A DNA stretch of 64,000 bases from Octopus bimaculoides (lineage: Eukaryota). The notes under the pieces were generated by a model. The model saw nothing but the letters and a program-made list of their open reading frames with translations. It was not told the DNA's origin and ran no database searches. Numbering within the stretch: position 1 is the stretch's first letter; the number at the start of each line of letters is the position of its first letter. Of the stretch, positions 11,975-24,525 are shown piece by piece. Location: contig NC_068983.1 in assembly GCF_001194135.2 (NCBI RefSeq), positions 147,796,415-147,860,414 of the forward strand, written 5' to 3'. The translations under genes were made by a program, and so were the position numbers.

Positions 11975-14216
11975 AAGGTCCGATTACAGCTGCGGAAGTT
12001 GAGGAGGCTCTGGCGGAATACGGCGGGGACAAGTCGCCAGGTCTAAATGGATTTCGTCTACTGGCTTGCATCTTCACGAACTGGCAGCAGAACGGGTTTA
12101 TTCCTAAATCTGTGAGCCGGGGAGTGGTGACGCTGCTTAGAAAGGACCCAAACAAGGAGGATAGTGTAGACAATTTTAGGCCCATCACTTTCCCAAATAC
12201 AGAGATGAAGATTTTGGCCAAGGCGTTAGCAAAACAGTTGACGCGTGTCGTGGATGGACTCATCGGGGAGGCACAAACATGTGCCGTTCCCGGCAGATCC
12301 ATACACGACAATATCCACCTTATACGCTACAACTTAGAGAGGGGGTTAGTAAGGTTACTGGCAATAGTGGGGCACTAATACATTTAGACATGTCTAAAAC
12401 GTTCGATAGGGTTGACCATCGGTACCTGGTGACGGTCCTCGCGTCTTTCGGGCTTGGCTCGTCTTCCGCAACTGGATAATAACTATGTATAGTAACATTG
12501 ACTCGATCGTTCAGGTGAGCGGTTTCTTTTCGGATCCATTCAACATCAAGTGCTCTGTTCATCAAGGATGTCCACTCCCTCCCTCTCCGTATGTTTTGGC
12601 TCTGGAGCCTTTGCTGCGGAGGTTGAAGGGACCAAGAGGCATCCTGTGCGATCTAGGTTATGGGAGGGCGGTCACGGCGCTTGCGGATGACACCACCTTC
12701 ATCGTGCCCGAGGTGGATCACCTACAGATTGTGGAAGAAGCCATCAAGAAATACGAGGCCGTGGTAGGAGCTAAAATTAACCGGGGAAAATCAGTCGGCT
12801 TGCAACTCGGCACTTTGAGAAACAAGTCAATGCCTTCCAACAGCGTCGTAGGGCGCTGGACGGAAGGGCCGGTAAGAATGCTAAGGGCTTGGTTTAGACC
12901 AGACCTCCAGATAGAGAAGAATTGGGGTGAGGTGGCGAGCAAGGTGACTTACCTAATTCAGATCTGGTCTGAGCGGTGGTTATCCTTGAAAGGGAGGGTG
13001 GAGGTCGGGGAGGTGCTTATCGCATCTGTGATTACCTACCGCTTAACCATCGTGCCTTGTCCCGTTTCGTGACTGAACAAGTTGGAACGACTCCTTTTCC
13101 GATTTTTGTTGGAGGATAAGGTCCGCTCTGTCTGCTGCCAGCATCCGTTAAAGGGTGAGCTAGGGATGCCTTGGCTGTTGAGGGGCAAGTTAGCGCTGAG
13201 GCTGAGACATCTGCAGCGCTACCTGGATGATGAACAGGTCTGGTCTCCGTTCGTCAGATGGCTGCTTCCTAGGTTCACTAGCTTTAGTGAACTAGAACCT
13301 TGGATTTATTGCAGACCAAAGTACAGCGAGTGGCATTTGGAGTGTCGACAGGCACTGCGGTTTCTCTCACGCACGGGTAACGCCAGCGGTGGGGGTTCTG
13401 CGTCGTTCTTCAATAGAAGGTTGGTAGAGGCAAAGAGTGATGACGGCCTGGGGAAGACTCTAGGCTTCGACGAAAATCAGTTAACCAGCCTGTTCCGAAG
13501 TACATTCGGGCCAGGATCTTGGATAACTTCCAGATCTCTGACCCGCTTCCGAGGTGCGCTACCGGTTCGCGATAAACTCACAAGGCATGGTGGCCCCTGT
13601 TCACTCTTGTGCCCAAGATGCGAGCAGGACAGGGAAACCGTTCTGCTCGCGATTGTGCAATGTGGGTTTACGTAGAACATCTGTTGTCACAACTAGGAAG
13701 AGTACACCTGTCTTGAGTCAATCATAAAAAATGTTCCCCCTTCCTCATTTGACAAAGAAGGTAAGGGTTGTTATCTTATTGTAGTAGCTATTACGAAAGA
13801 GGTCGTGTGGAAGACCCGTGCGAAAGATATCTTGACATGCACTTTCATCTCAAACCTTGGATTGGTGAGATTCCTATCCTTTCACTTGAAATGGAAGATA
13901 AGGGTGGAGGATTGCATGTCGCTGGACGTATAGAAGCAAAGATGGAAGATTGTAGAGAGAATGGTGGTAGTGAATGTCACCACTTAAGAGTGTACTGAAA
14001 ATTTTCCTAAAGGTAGCAGTGGTGAACTGGGGCTTGGGGGACGAAAGCATAACCTGTCCCTCACTTCGTTGTTTATCAATTGTATTGTATTTCATTCGAT
14101 TTTGTTATCAAGGTTTTTAATCGATTTTCATAATTATGTTTTCTCATCCCGGCCCCAACTTATTGTATCGTCCACTCTATGTCTGCCCCCCCCACCCTGT
14201 GGGCAATAAAGAATTA
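11975..14216 (+). mobile_element. 5'-truncated Tx1/L1-like LINE ORF2 (RT plus C-terminal Zn-finger), frameshifted, with 3' UTR
   Basis: NFRPITFPNTEMKILAKAL, QTCAVPGRSIHDN, LDMSKTFDRVDH, VHQGCPLPP..LALEPL, LADDTT and CPRC..ETV...C. It ends CCCTGTGGGCAATAAAGAA. Confidence 0.92.
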
Positions 14217-14444
14217 TCTCTTTCTCCTTGTCTAAATTGTGAAACATATCTCTTTTATCTAAAAAGAAAAAAAATGATCGAATTTCTGCTTAACAATTAT
14301 TAATGTTTAAATTTGATTCCACGTGTTTCGTTAATGCGCACGAGAAATAATTTCAATTTATCCTCCTTTATTTTCATTCCTGTATAAGAAAAAAAAAGCA
14401 CGAAAAGAGGGAAACAACGAAAGTCATTAATTGTGTGATTGCAG

Positions 14445-14760
14445 AGCATACTTGTCTAATAAAACAATATTTGAATGATGCTGTAGTGAGTTCAAACTCC
14501 GCCGAAGTCGGCTTTGCCTTTCGGGGTCGATAAATTAAGTACCAGTTTTGTACTGAAGTCGATCTAATTGACTGGACCCCTCCCACAAAATTTCGGGCCT
14601 TGTGTCTCGAGCAGAAATGACATACTTGTCTAATAAGACAATATTTGAATGATGCTGTTGTGAGTTCAAATTCCGCCGAAATCAGCTTTGCCTTTCATCC
14701 TTTCGGTGTCGATAAAGTAAATACCAGTTGAACATTGGAAGTGAGACGTGTGCCAAAATT
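14445..14760 (+). mobile_element. Two tandem partial family C SINEs
   Basis: Duplicated unit CATACTTGTCTAATAA(A/G)ACAATATTTGAATGATGCTG...GAGTTCAAA..CCGCCGAA at about 14447 and 14620. Confidence 0.75.
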
Positions 14761-15481
14761 TGAAACTAATGTTTGAATGATGTTTCTCTATGACAGGGTT
14801 GCTATTGTGTCTGAAAAGCATCTTCTTGATTGATAGAAAAGACTGCTCAGAACTGTTGTTCAAAATTTTCAGCATTTTCATACAATGACACCAAACATTT
14901 CTTATCTTCTGAGGTAATTAAAACCTGCCATTAATTTGAAGTGATCAAGCACGTTTGGAAGATGTCTATTGAGCCATTGTCGACGAAGATTTTTCGTTCT
15001 TTCTTCTTTTATTTTATGATTTAAATATTAGTCAAGACAGTGATGGGCCGTAACAATGATATAGGCAGCCGCATTCCCCACTAATGAAATGGTTTCTGTT
15101 CTGCTTTGAACATTTGTAAACCGATGTCTCTCGAAAACAAAAGTGAGGATGGTTAAAGAAGGTAAAATTCTTAAAGCTGAATCTGAGTAGGGGTGATGAG
15201 AAGAGAAGAGATGAGAAGAAACATTTCAAAATGAGAGATTATCTGTCAGGTGGGACTGAACGGAAATGATGTGCAACAAACTAGTTCATAAGCTCAGAGG
15301 TCGTTGGAGAAGCGATAAATAAGACAGGTAGTGATAGGATATATAACACTTCTGAGGGTCAAAGGTTGTAGTATGTCGACCGGAAGGCATGGCAATGATA
15401 CTTCCTCAACGTGAAACTCATAGATATGTGGAGACAGATATACGGATACATGAACTATGCTGTGAGTCGGTCTGGGAATGT

Positions 15482-15522
<41 letters not shown>

Positions 15523-16887
15523 CCGATATTATGCATATATTTAAGTAGAGAAGTGAAATGAAAAAGTGGGTATATTATTGCATGCACTTTTTTTAATGTA
15601 AACTAGCTGCAGCCGTTTACGTGCATTTCTGGACAGGTCACTTCAATATATTGATTTCAGTAGATTTATCTATCAAGATTAAGAACTAGATCTTCCGATC
15701 ATATTACTTGCGATAGCATCTTCTCTCCTTTCATTTTATTTTTCTTTCATACATACATGTACATATTTACACACACGCGCGCGCGCATACATATATACTC
15801 CGTGAGAATGTCTGGCTTAAATCGACAGCCCGACACCAAATGGAATGAATGAGTAAATAAATTAACCCAGTTAGCCTGGATAATGTTACTGAAGCATTAC
15901 AAAATGTTTGCATTGTAATGAAAGTGTACTCTATAGACAGTAAGAGGTAAGTACATTGAGAGGTGAGTTCTTTTATGTCGGTGCACACCAATTCCTTTCG
16001 TTTATCAGATCTATAAAACTAATCCGGAAGGAGGAGCTGTGCTGCGAACCGTGAAACGATCGCAATCGTCCAAAACAATGAAATATGTATGAATGGGTGT
16101 AAATAACATCGTTGACAAGTAGAGGTTCTGTTTTTCATTGTGTGTGTGCGTGTGTGTGTGATTTTTATGTATATGTACGCGAAGCCAGACAGAACAAAGC
16201 GCTTCAGATTTATTTGTAGAGTGGGTATGAGATGTGGCACGCAGTGCATGGCTTTGTCTAAGCGAAAAGGGTCTCCGTTTACTCTTGGCTTGTTGATGAA
16301 TAAACAATATTGGTGAAGTTTTTTCTTCATTTGATACGCAACAAGATTTTTTTTCTTGTAGCTAGAAGTGGTGTATAGTTAACTTATTCGCTTTCTCTAC
16401 TTTTAGGATGTTTTTTGTCTTAAAAACTCAGTATCAACCAATGAGTGATTTGAGCTTGGGAACATAAGGATCTCGTCATCCCAAGTGAGTGTCTACAAAT
16501 TATCAATAAATTAATAAACATATATTAATAAATCACTAACAATTCTGGTTGATGCCAATGTTGGCTGTGTGGTTAGGAAGTTAAGAAACTGTGTTCGATT
16601 TGTAGTTGCACCGACTAAGGTTTTCAGTGGAAAAGAAATTGCTCAAAACGTGTCTGTGTGTGTGTGTGTGTCCATAGCTGTTCTCTCCCCAAATTATCAG
16701 ACCGTCATTTTCTTACGGGCAAATTAGTTTCAGAGAATCCTTGAGTATTTGGTAATATCTCTTGGTCATAATTGCCACCAGCCATCAGCTTCACTTTCCA
16801 TAGAAGCGAAGAAGATTCTATTAAACAAAAAATTAATCTTGCATAGTATTTTAACACACCTTTATTCATCTTCTGATATATATATAT

Positions 16888-16974
<87 letters not shown>

Positions 16975-17803
16975 GAGAGAGAGAGAGAGAGAGGAAGATA
17001 GATAGATAGATTATAATTCATTCGAGCTGAAAGGAAAACACTTCGGATCTATTTTAAAACGGGGGCGCCAGTATTTACTTAACGAAACACTAACGAAACA
17101 CTTTGAAACTTGGGACACTGGTAGAATGTGTCATATAAAACATCTTTTACTCTTAGTCTTCTTAACAAAAAAAAAGTAATTCGCAAGTTATTCCATGTTA
17201 AAGTTGTCGTATTTCTGTAATTTCAACCAATCACTGACGTCTATTCAGCTCAATAAGAGTTACTGCTGGGCGGTCATAAAAATGTTATTCCCTGTGACAT
17301 ATTTCACCCGGTTTAATCGTAATTTATACGCATATATTGTTTATATAATAAATTACGCTGTACGTATCTATGTGTGTAACAATTTTAGAGTTCGGATTCT
17401 NNNNNNNNNNNNNNNNNNNNNNNNNNNNNNNNNNNNNNNNNNNNNNNNNNNNNNNNNNNNNNNNNNNNNNNNNNNNNNNNNNNNNNNNNNNNNNNNNNNN
17501 NNNNNNNNNNNNNNNNNNNNNNNNNNNNNNNNNNNNNNNNNNNNNNNNNNNNNNNNNNNNNNNNNNNNNNNNNNNNNNNNNNNNNNNNNNNNNNNNNNNN
17601 NNNNNNNNNNNNNNNNNNNNNNNNNNNNNNNNNNNNNNNNNNNNNNNNNNNNNNNNNNNNNNNNNNNNNNNNNNNNNNNNNNNNNNNNNNNNNNNNNNNN
17701 NNNNNNNNNNNNNNNNNNNNNNNNNNNNNNNNNNNNNNNNNNNNNNNNNNNNNNNNNNNNNNNNNNNNNNNNNNNNNNNNNNNNNNNNNNNNNNNNNNNN
17801 NNN

Positions 17804-17887
<84 letters not shown>

Positions 17888-18543
17888 CCCTGTATGATGC
17901 GTGACAAAACGCATATTTTTTCTCCAAATGCGTTATACGCATTAAACATAGCGTTCAACTTCAGACATATTTACAAAATTCAAAATTTTTATGGTTTGAA
18001 TGTAGAGCGTTGCAAAAGTTCTGAAATATGAAATTTTCTTCGTTTTAACTGTTTCTGCTACCTACAGTTTTCATAAAATAGTAATGAGGAACTTTGTAAC
18101 ATTTTTTTCTGTGACTGTTCGTTGTAAGAATTCTCTGTAAGAGAACAATGCAACAAGATACATTCAATTCATTAGCGATGTCATCAATGGATAACTCCAG
18201 ATTTCAACAAGATTATTAGCAGCTCACTCGTAGTAAAATGTACAGTTGGTTAGCTAGCCAATGTTGTTGCTGCAATTATACTTTGCCAATTAAAATACAT
18301 GGTTACGTCTGAAAATTTTAATTGTCTCTCGAGCATATTTACATATACATGTATATATACATGTATATACACATGCTTGCATATAAACCTTTGGATAGAG
18401 GCAGACTCTTTAGTCAATCTATCTTTTAATAACCCATCTATCCTTTGGTTTATTTTACATCTAGGAATTGCCCTTAGATCGCCTTCCTCACCAAATAAGC
18501 TCGGTGGGATTGCCAGTCCAATATTGGTTATCAAAGACAACAT

Positions 18544-18639
<96 letters not shown>

Positions 18640-19585
18640 ACGTGCGCAAGCAAATATAATATTAGTTTGTAGATATGCAGTCTTCTTTATTGGAACAAAT
18701 AGTCCGGTTAACTGAAATAATTTATTGCAGAAAACTATGACAGTGGATTCGTTGCTTTTCAGATCAATAAAGTGTTAAATTACTGAGCAAAGAAAAATAT
18801 TATCAAAGATACCGGAGGTGAATCTGTGCTTAAGACCTTTGTAAACACTTTTTGCTATTGGTACACAGTTGCAATTGGTATTCCACTTGACCTACTGTAA
18901 GTCGATGTCTGCATGGAAATAAAAGTGAAAAAGAGGGGAGTTCATAAAGGTAGTTGAGACAGAAAGAGAAATCAGCTCGTATGCACGCCAATAGTTGTAG
19001 ATTGTTGGTAAATGAATTTTCACCTTTCAACCGAACCGAATGACCTTCATTTCGATGTGAACTAGCATGTTTAAGTGTGTAGAAACTGCATTACAAACTG
19101 TGCACGCAATGAACTCAATAAGAAACCAAGTTAGGTTTTTATTACCTCGTTGTTACTGCAATCTATATTAAAGAGAATTGGCGCTTAAGCCATTTTCTGT
19201 CAATAGCAGTAAGTGCATCCTGGCACTAACTTTTCTTTTTAAAATTGTTATATTCCTGGCATTTTGAGGGAACTATTTTAATTTAGAAATATTTAAATCG
19301 GTCTTTCCTACTCTATTTACTTCCGAACCAGTTGAGGTACTCATATATATATACGCACACACACAAAGTATGGGGATTTAGTTCACAGATGATCTAAACG
19401 ATTAGGTACGCTAGGTAAGTGGTGTAAGGGATTACTAGGGCTCCAAGGTTATAACCGAAACAGTAGTTATGGACCTATTGCAGATTTCCGATGCAGTGGA
19501 TATATAATTGTTAAATAGGACAACAAACGTTAAGTCAAGGCAAACATCTCAAGTCGTATACATTATTATTTTGGAAAAAAATTCA

Positions 19586-19646
19586 AAGACTTACAGCTGT
19601 TTCTGGGATATCCCAGAGTATGGGATATTCTGTCATCAGAGAGACA
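19586..19646 (-). ncRNA. Minimal type I hammerhead-ribozyme motif, imperfect, Penelope-associated
   Basis: Minus strand reads GTCTCT-CTGATGA-CAGA-ATATCCCA-TACTC-TGGGATAT-CCCA-GAAAC-AGCT-GTA-AG. The core and an 8-bp hairpin are present, but the stem I and stem II bases pair poorly. Confidence 0.65.
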
Positions 19647-20492
19647 AATAGGGAAAATTAATGAAAATGAGAATGATATATATTAATGAGACGATGACAT
19701 AGAGGAAGGGAGTAAAGGAATAAGGAGAGAGAAAAGAAAAAAGAAGCATAAAAGTTCATAGTTCAACTTCCCGATGTTGTAGAAACCAGAGCATAAGTCC
19801 TTAGGTGGTTCTGCTTTCCGATGTTATAGAAACAAAAGCATAAATCCCTAGGTGAAATCCTACGTAGATCCATGTAGGTTAAAATCCTGATATAGTAAAC
19901 ATCCAGAGAAAAAAGACGCGAACATATCAACGTTCAATAACGGAATGGTAGCAGAGGTGGCTATTAAATGGTACAAGGAAAGAAAAGTAAATAAATAGAA
20001 AGAGAGGTAGATGAAGTGAGGGGGGGGATTTAAAGATTGGCTTTAGGGTAAAGCAAGGTGAATAGGTATAGGGTATCTAAGAATATTGTGTAGGGGTAGC
20101 CGAGAAGATAAGAGAGAGGATGAGGAGGTAGAGGAAGATAGGGTTAAAAAAATAAACAAAATAGAGCAAAATGAAAGGAATTTAAAGAGAGTAGTAGGTG
20201 TCGGTGGTGTTCTTAAAGTCTATAGGTGTTGGGGAGAAAATCTAGTAGTAAATACTCGTTCTGGCTAAAGTCAGTGGCTGTTGAGTTATTTTTAGCAATG
20301 GGTGTGTAGGTTGTCTAGAATGGAGGAGCTAGTTGAATGTTAAATCATTTATGAGTGGGGGTTAGAATTAGATATTAGGGATTTATTGGGTTAAGTTTTT
20401 AAAATAAAGAATAACTTAAAGAGTTAATATTTATCTCATAAAGTGATGCGGTAAGGTAGATAGATAAGATATAGAGGAGTATGTGTAAATAA

Positions 20493-21000
20493 TTATAGGG
20501 GTTTGTATGTGGGTGCTATTCGTGGGGTGAGGAGTGAACTTGCATTCAGATTTATGAAAGAATTTAAAGTGCGGAAGAATTTGTGCTTACACGTAGTGAA
20601 GGTTTCGTTGTATTTAGTAAGCAATTGCGTTGAGTTGTGAGTTAAAATTTTGAGGACTTCTTTTAAGCAGAGTCCACAACTGGAGTGTTGGCCCTGATAT
20701 GAGAAACCCGAGTCTATTATAGCCCAGGAAAGTTTATATTGTATTTTTCTGTTAATTAGATGGCGTACGTGGCTGGCTATTAATGTGGAATTGCTATTCT
20801 CTTTATATGTAAACGAGTTTAAATGTGCATAATATCTTTGTATAAATTTTGTGCTAGATCCAATGTAGTAGCTATAGGAGTTATTTACTATGTTGTGAAC
20901 GGTGCATTGGTATACGACGTTGAATATATCTTCTGCATTGGGCGTGCAGCGGGCAGTCTATTCCGGATCTGCAGTTGCAGTTATCAGTTCTACGGTGGTT
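20493..21000 (-). mobile_element. Penelope-like element C-terminal GIY-YIG endonuclease with Cys-rich linker
   Basis: CNCRSGIDCPLHAQC (20979-20935), then one frameshift into an open frame of about 146 codons: NVVYQCTVH...YYIGSSTKFIQRYYAHLNSF...STLIASHV...YKLSWAII...CGLCLKEVLKIL...NETFTTCKH, stop at 20495-20493. There is no ATG, so it is absent from the ORF track. Confidence 0.85.
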
Positions 21001-23390
21001 AATTCACCTAATACCACCCTAGCCACAACCAGCACTACCATGAGGTAGTGCTAGTAGTGGCTCTCTTTCTCCAACTAACCATCGTGTAAAGTAATATTTA
21101 ACGGTTCGAGTATAATCGGATACGAAAAACCTCCCCGCAGCGGAAATAATTGAGAGAGAAAATTTTCTCCTCATGGTTATCTGTGAAAACATAATGAGCA
21201 CTGGATCGCAGGAAGCGTGCGTTTATGCAATTTTTCGCTTCTTCGGCTGCAAATGCCAAATCTGTCATTCAGAGACCGATAAGACCGAAATCATTCTTTT
21301 GTATATTTAGGAATTTTTTCTATGAACTCGTCGAAAATCCAGTAAAACCCATATTCAACCGATGAGAAGATAATAATACCGAAATATTATCAAAGTTGTC
21401 TCCCATACTTGATGAAATTATTTAAACAATCCTAGCCACTTCCCAATATTTTTTTCTCACCAAATATTTATCTCTAATTCGCTTTTTTAATGTTATATGT
21501 ATTAAGTATTGTAACAGTCAGTTTCAGCTCATTATTTGCAATATATATTAATACTCAATACTCATGCGAACCAACATTTTTCATAGAAAACCATACTGAC
21601 CATTACCAAGCAGACCATTATCAAGCAGATCATTACCTAACAACGTATTTGATCTCATTTTGCCAGACAAGAATGACAATAATGCACTAATGATGAAAAT
21701 AACAGAGCCAAACATTTATAATGTTGTGCAGAAGCGAGCTGAATGAGTCAGCATTTACAAAGGATTTTACCATTGAACCACAAATATGTGTTTTAATGAA
21801 TGTCTCCATCCTATTCGCAATTAGTACATGTGAAATAATACAAAAGTACATTTCTAAATACATTGGGATTTTAAGGATAATTCCAGGAAATAGCAAGACT
21901 ATTTTCATTAAATATCAAGGAATACACACACCAGATTTATTAGCGTTCAATAGTTTTATACATGTTTTCATAATGTACCCAGTCTTTTTTTTATGTAAGA
22001 AAGAAAACTGTTGATGTATTTCTCAAATGATGAACAATAATGATAATAGTAGTTATAATAATGGTTTCTTTTTAGTAGGCACAAGAGAGAAGCGACGAAT
22101 AATAATAGCAGTAACTACTAATATGTTAATTGCTGCTCATACACGTTCAGATATAAGTTCGGGACATTTCGTAAGGGGACAAATTGTTGTAACATTAGAA
22201 AGAGTCTAATTATAAGAGGTATTTGCTTTCATGAAACATATAATTTTCTCTTCAAGAAGGAAACAATGGAAAAATAATAAAAGATGGCAGTGTATACTAT
22301 GTGTGTGTGTGTGTGCGCGCGTCTGTGTTAGGTATATATGCATATGTATACATATACATATTTGTATATATATATATATATTCATATATATATGCACATA
22401 TGTATATATGCGTATATATATATATATATATATATATACGTATATGTATATATATACATATATGTATGTGTATGGTAGCACATACATACAAATGTACACA
22501 CACACACACATATAAGCGGCAGTAAAATATAATTGCTTCTATATGAAATTAGACTGTAATTCACTAATGAAACATGACATCAGGTTCATTATCTGGCGAA
22601 CATGTAACACCTTTAGTTCTTTAATTCGTTTTAGCCATCGCGGCTCAGACTATTCTGGGGCAACATTTTCAAGTGAAAACATTTGAAATAAGTTTATGCA
22701 CATTCCTGTAGAATTACTCAGTTTTCACAGTTATTTTAAAATTGGAAATGGTATTTAAAGTATGACTCATGATTTTAACTAGGACGTAAAGCTACAAAAT
22801 TTTTTACCATAAGAGAGAAATTTTTACCCACCATAACTGCAGTGACTTTGCCTTTGGAAGTTAAAATATGTGACAAACATATTTTAAGTAACCTAAGTTT
22901 TAAGTTTGCTTGCGCCTAAACACTAATTGGTGCTAATCCTGCTGTAATTTGTTCCGACCTGGTGGTCTAATGGCGCAACTCAGTCAATGTTGCTGGCTGT
23001 ATTAGTTAAAGATATGGCTTTAATTAAGAACGCTAAGTGTTGCCTCTCTGTGAAAGGTTAAAAGAACTATTTGGTGAAAAAATTGAAATATCGCCGTTAC
23101 ACGTTGAAAATAAGTGAAATATTTAAAATTTCAGATAATGACTTTTAAAACAAGAAACGATGCTAAATAAGAATAATTAACTGCAAAGTCAATATGTGAT
23201 ACATAAACAGTAAAATGGAACTACCTGCTTTGGTGGGTAGGAAAGCCATTTCATTCTCATTTTCATTATATACATAATTTATCCGATATGTGTTTTCATG
23301 TACCCCCAATGAATTGCTTTGTCTGTTTTTGTCTTGTCCTTTCTCTATTGAGGCCTTGCGCCTAATAAAAGAAATAAGTGTTGCCTCTCT

Positions 23391-24400
23391 TCGCTACATC
23401 GTTTGCTGCTGAAATCTTTGCTAGCGTGAGTCTTATTTTTCTGTTGGTGAATTTTTGGTAATTGTTATACTGTTTGTTGTTTTGTGGATTCCTGTGTGAA
23501 TCGAACTTTTGTCGTCGTTTCGACGGTGTTTTCGCCATACGGGGCGGAAAATTGTTAATTAATTTTTGTGAAATTTGTCCGGTACAGGGTAAAATATTTT
23601 TTTTATACTTTTGTTATTCGTGACAGAAGGTGGGTTTTTTTTTTTTTGCGTTGTTGTCTGTAAAGACAATATTGTGTCTAAAAAATGGAATTTGATTTAA
23701 AATCAAATGAGGATTCCCCCTCAATGGAAGGAAATATTGAAAGAAAGGAAGGTAAAAAAACCCAGTTTTTCAGCGGCCGTTGGAGGCAACTTTTTAGAGA
23801 TGAACGTTTCAAAAGAACAACTATTTCAGTTCAGAAATCTAATAAAAAAGAAGGGAAGTGACACTAGACTCTTGTCACCACAAGAGACTATAAAAAGCCT
23901 GGCATCTAAAATAGTGGTGTATAAAATGTATAGCAGAAAGGAAAGAAAATAATGCCTACAAAAACAATGAAACAGTGGAAAAGTATCTGGCGCCCATTTG
24001 GGACAAAACTGTGTACATAGGAAAAGGAGTAAGAAGCGCTACAGTGGAGGCAAAGCAAATATCAACGCAAACATTAAGGAACGACGAAATAATCCCCCTT
24101 CCGACATATTTAGGAAGGAGGACAGCAAAAATTACGATAGAGGAAATACCAACCGAGTACGAGGCGTCATGGTTGGCCGCTGCGGTTATTTATGACGCCG
24201 AAGAGGAAATAACTATATTACAAATGAGAAAGAGGGAGGCCATTAAGTGAAAAGGCCAAAGCAACCCTGGAAATTGTCGTTCAGGCCCCAAATGAGGTGC
24301 TGGAATCAAGGCCAGTAACGAAGGAATCGATGTCGGTAACCAGTGAAATGTGACGATCAGTGACACGTGGTCCGATAGTCCGATGACGTAATTAAGGTTT
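23391..24400 (+). mobile_element. Probable non-LTR retrotransposon 5' UTR and frameshifted ORF1 (Tx1/L1-type)
   Basis: ATG at 23685 (MEFDLKSNEDSP), then frameshifted pieces PSFSAAVGG...LASKIVVYKMYSRK and LPTYLGRRTAKITIEEIPTE, after a T/G-rich leader. The assignment rests on general resemblance only; no diagnostic Zn-knuckle is preserved. Confidence 0.5.
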
Positions 24401-24525
24401 CAGTTCAGTGTGTTTTCATGATCATTGTCGATGAGGGGAATTACGAGCCCCAGACAGTTGCTGTAGGGAAGGTCTTTCTACATAAGCATGTACGCTATTG
24501 TGTTAAAAATAAATGTTTACAGTCA

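Noticed and set aside
15030-15230. Polypyrimidine tract plus AG followed by a 50-codon frame on the minus strand
   Set aside because: No recognisable domain and no partner exons.
15790-15970. Strong plus-strand donor-like GAG|GTAAGT and GAG|GTGAGT
   Set aside because: The upstream frame is short and stop-bounded, with no supporting exon chain.
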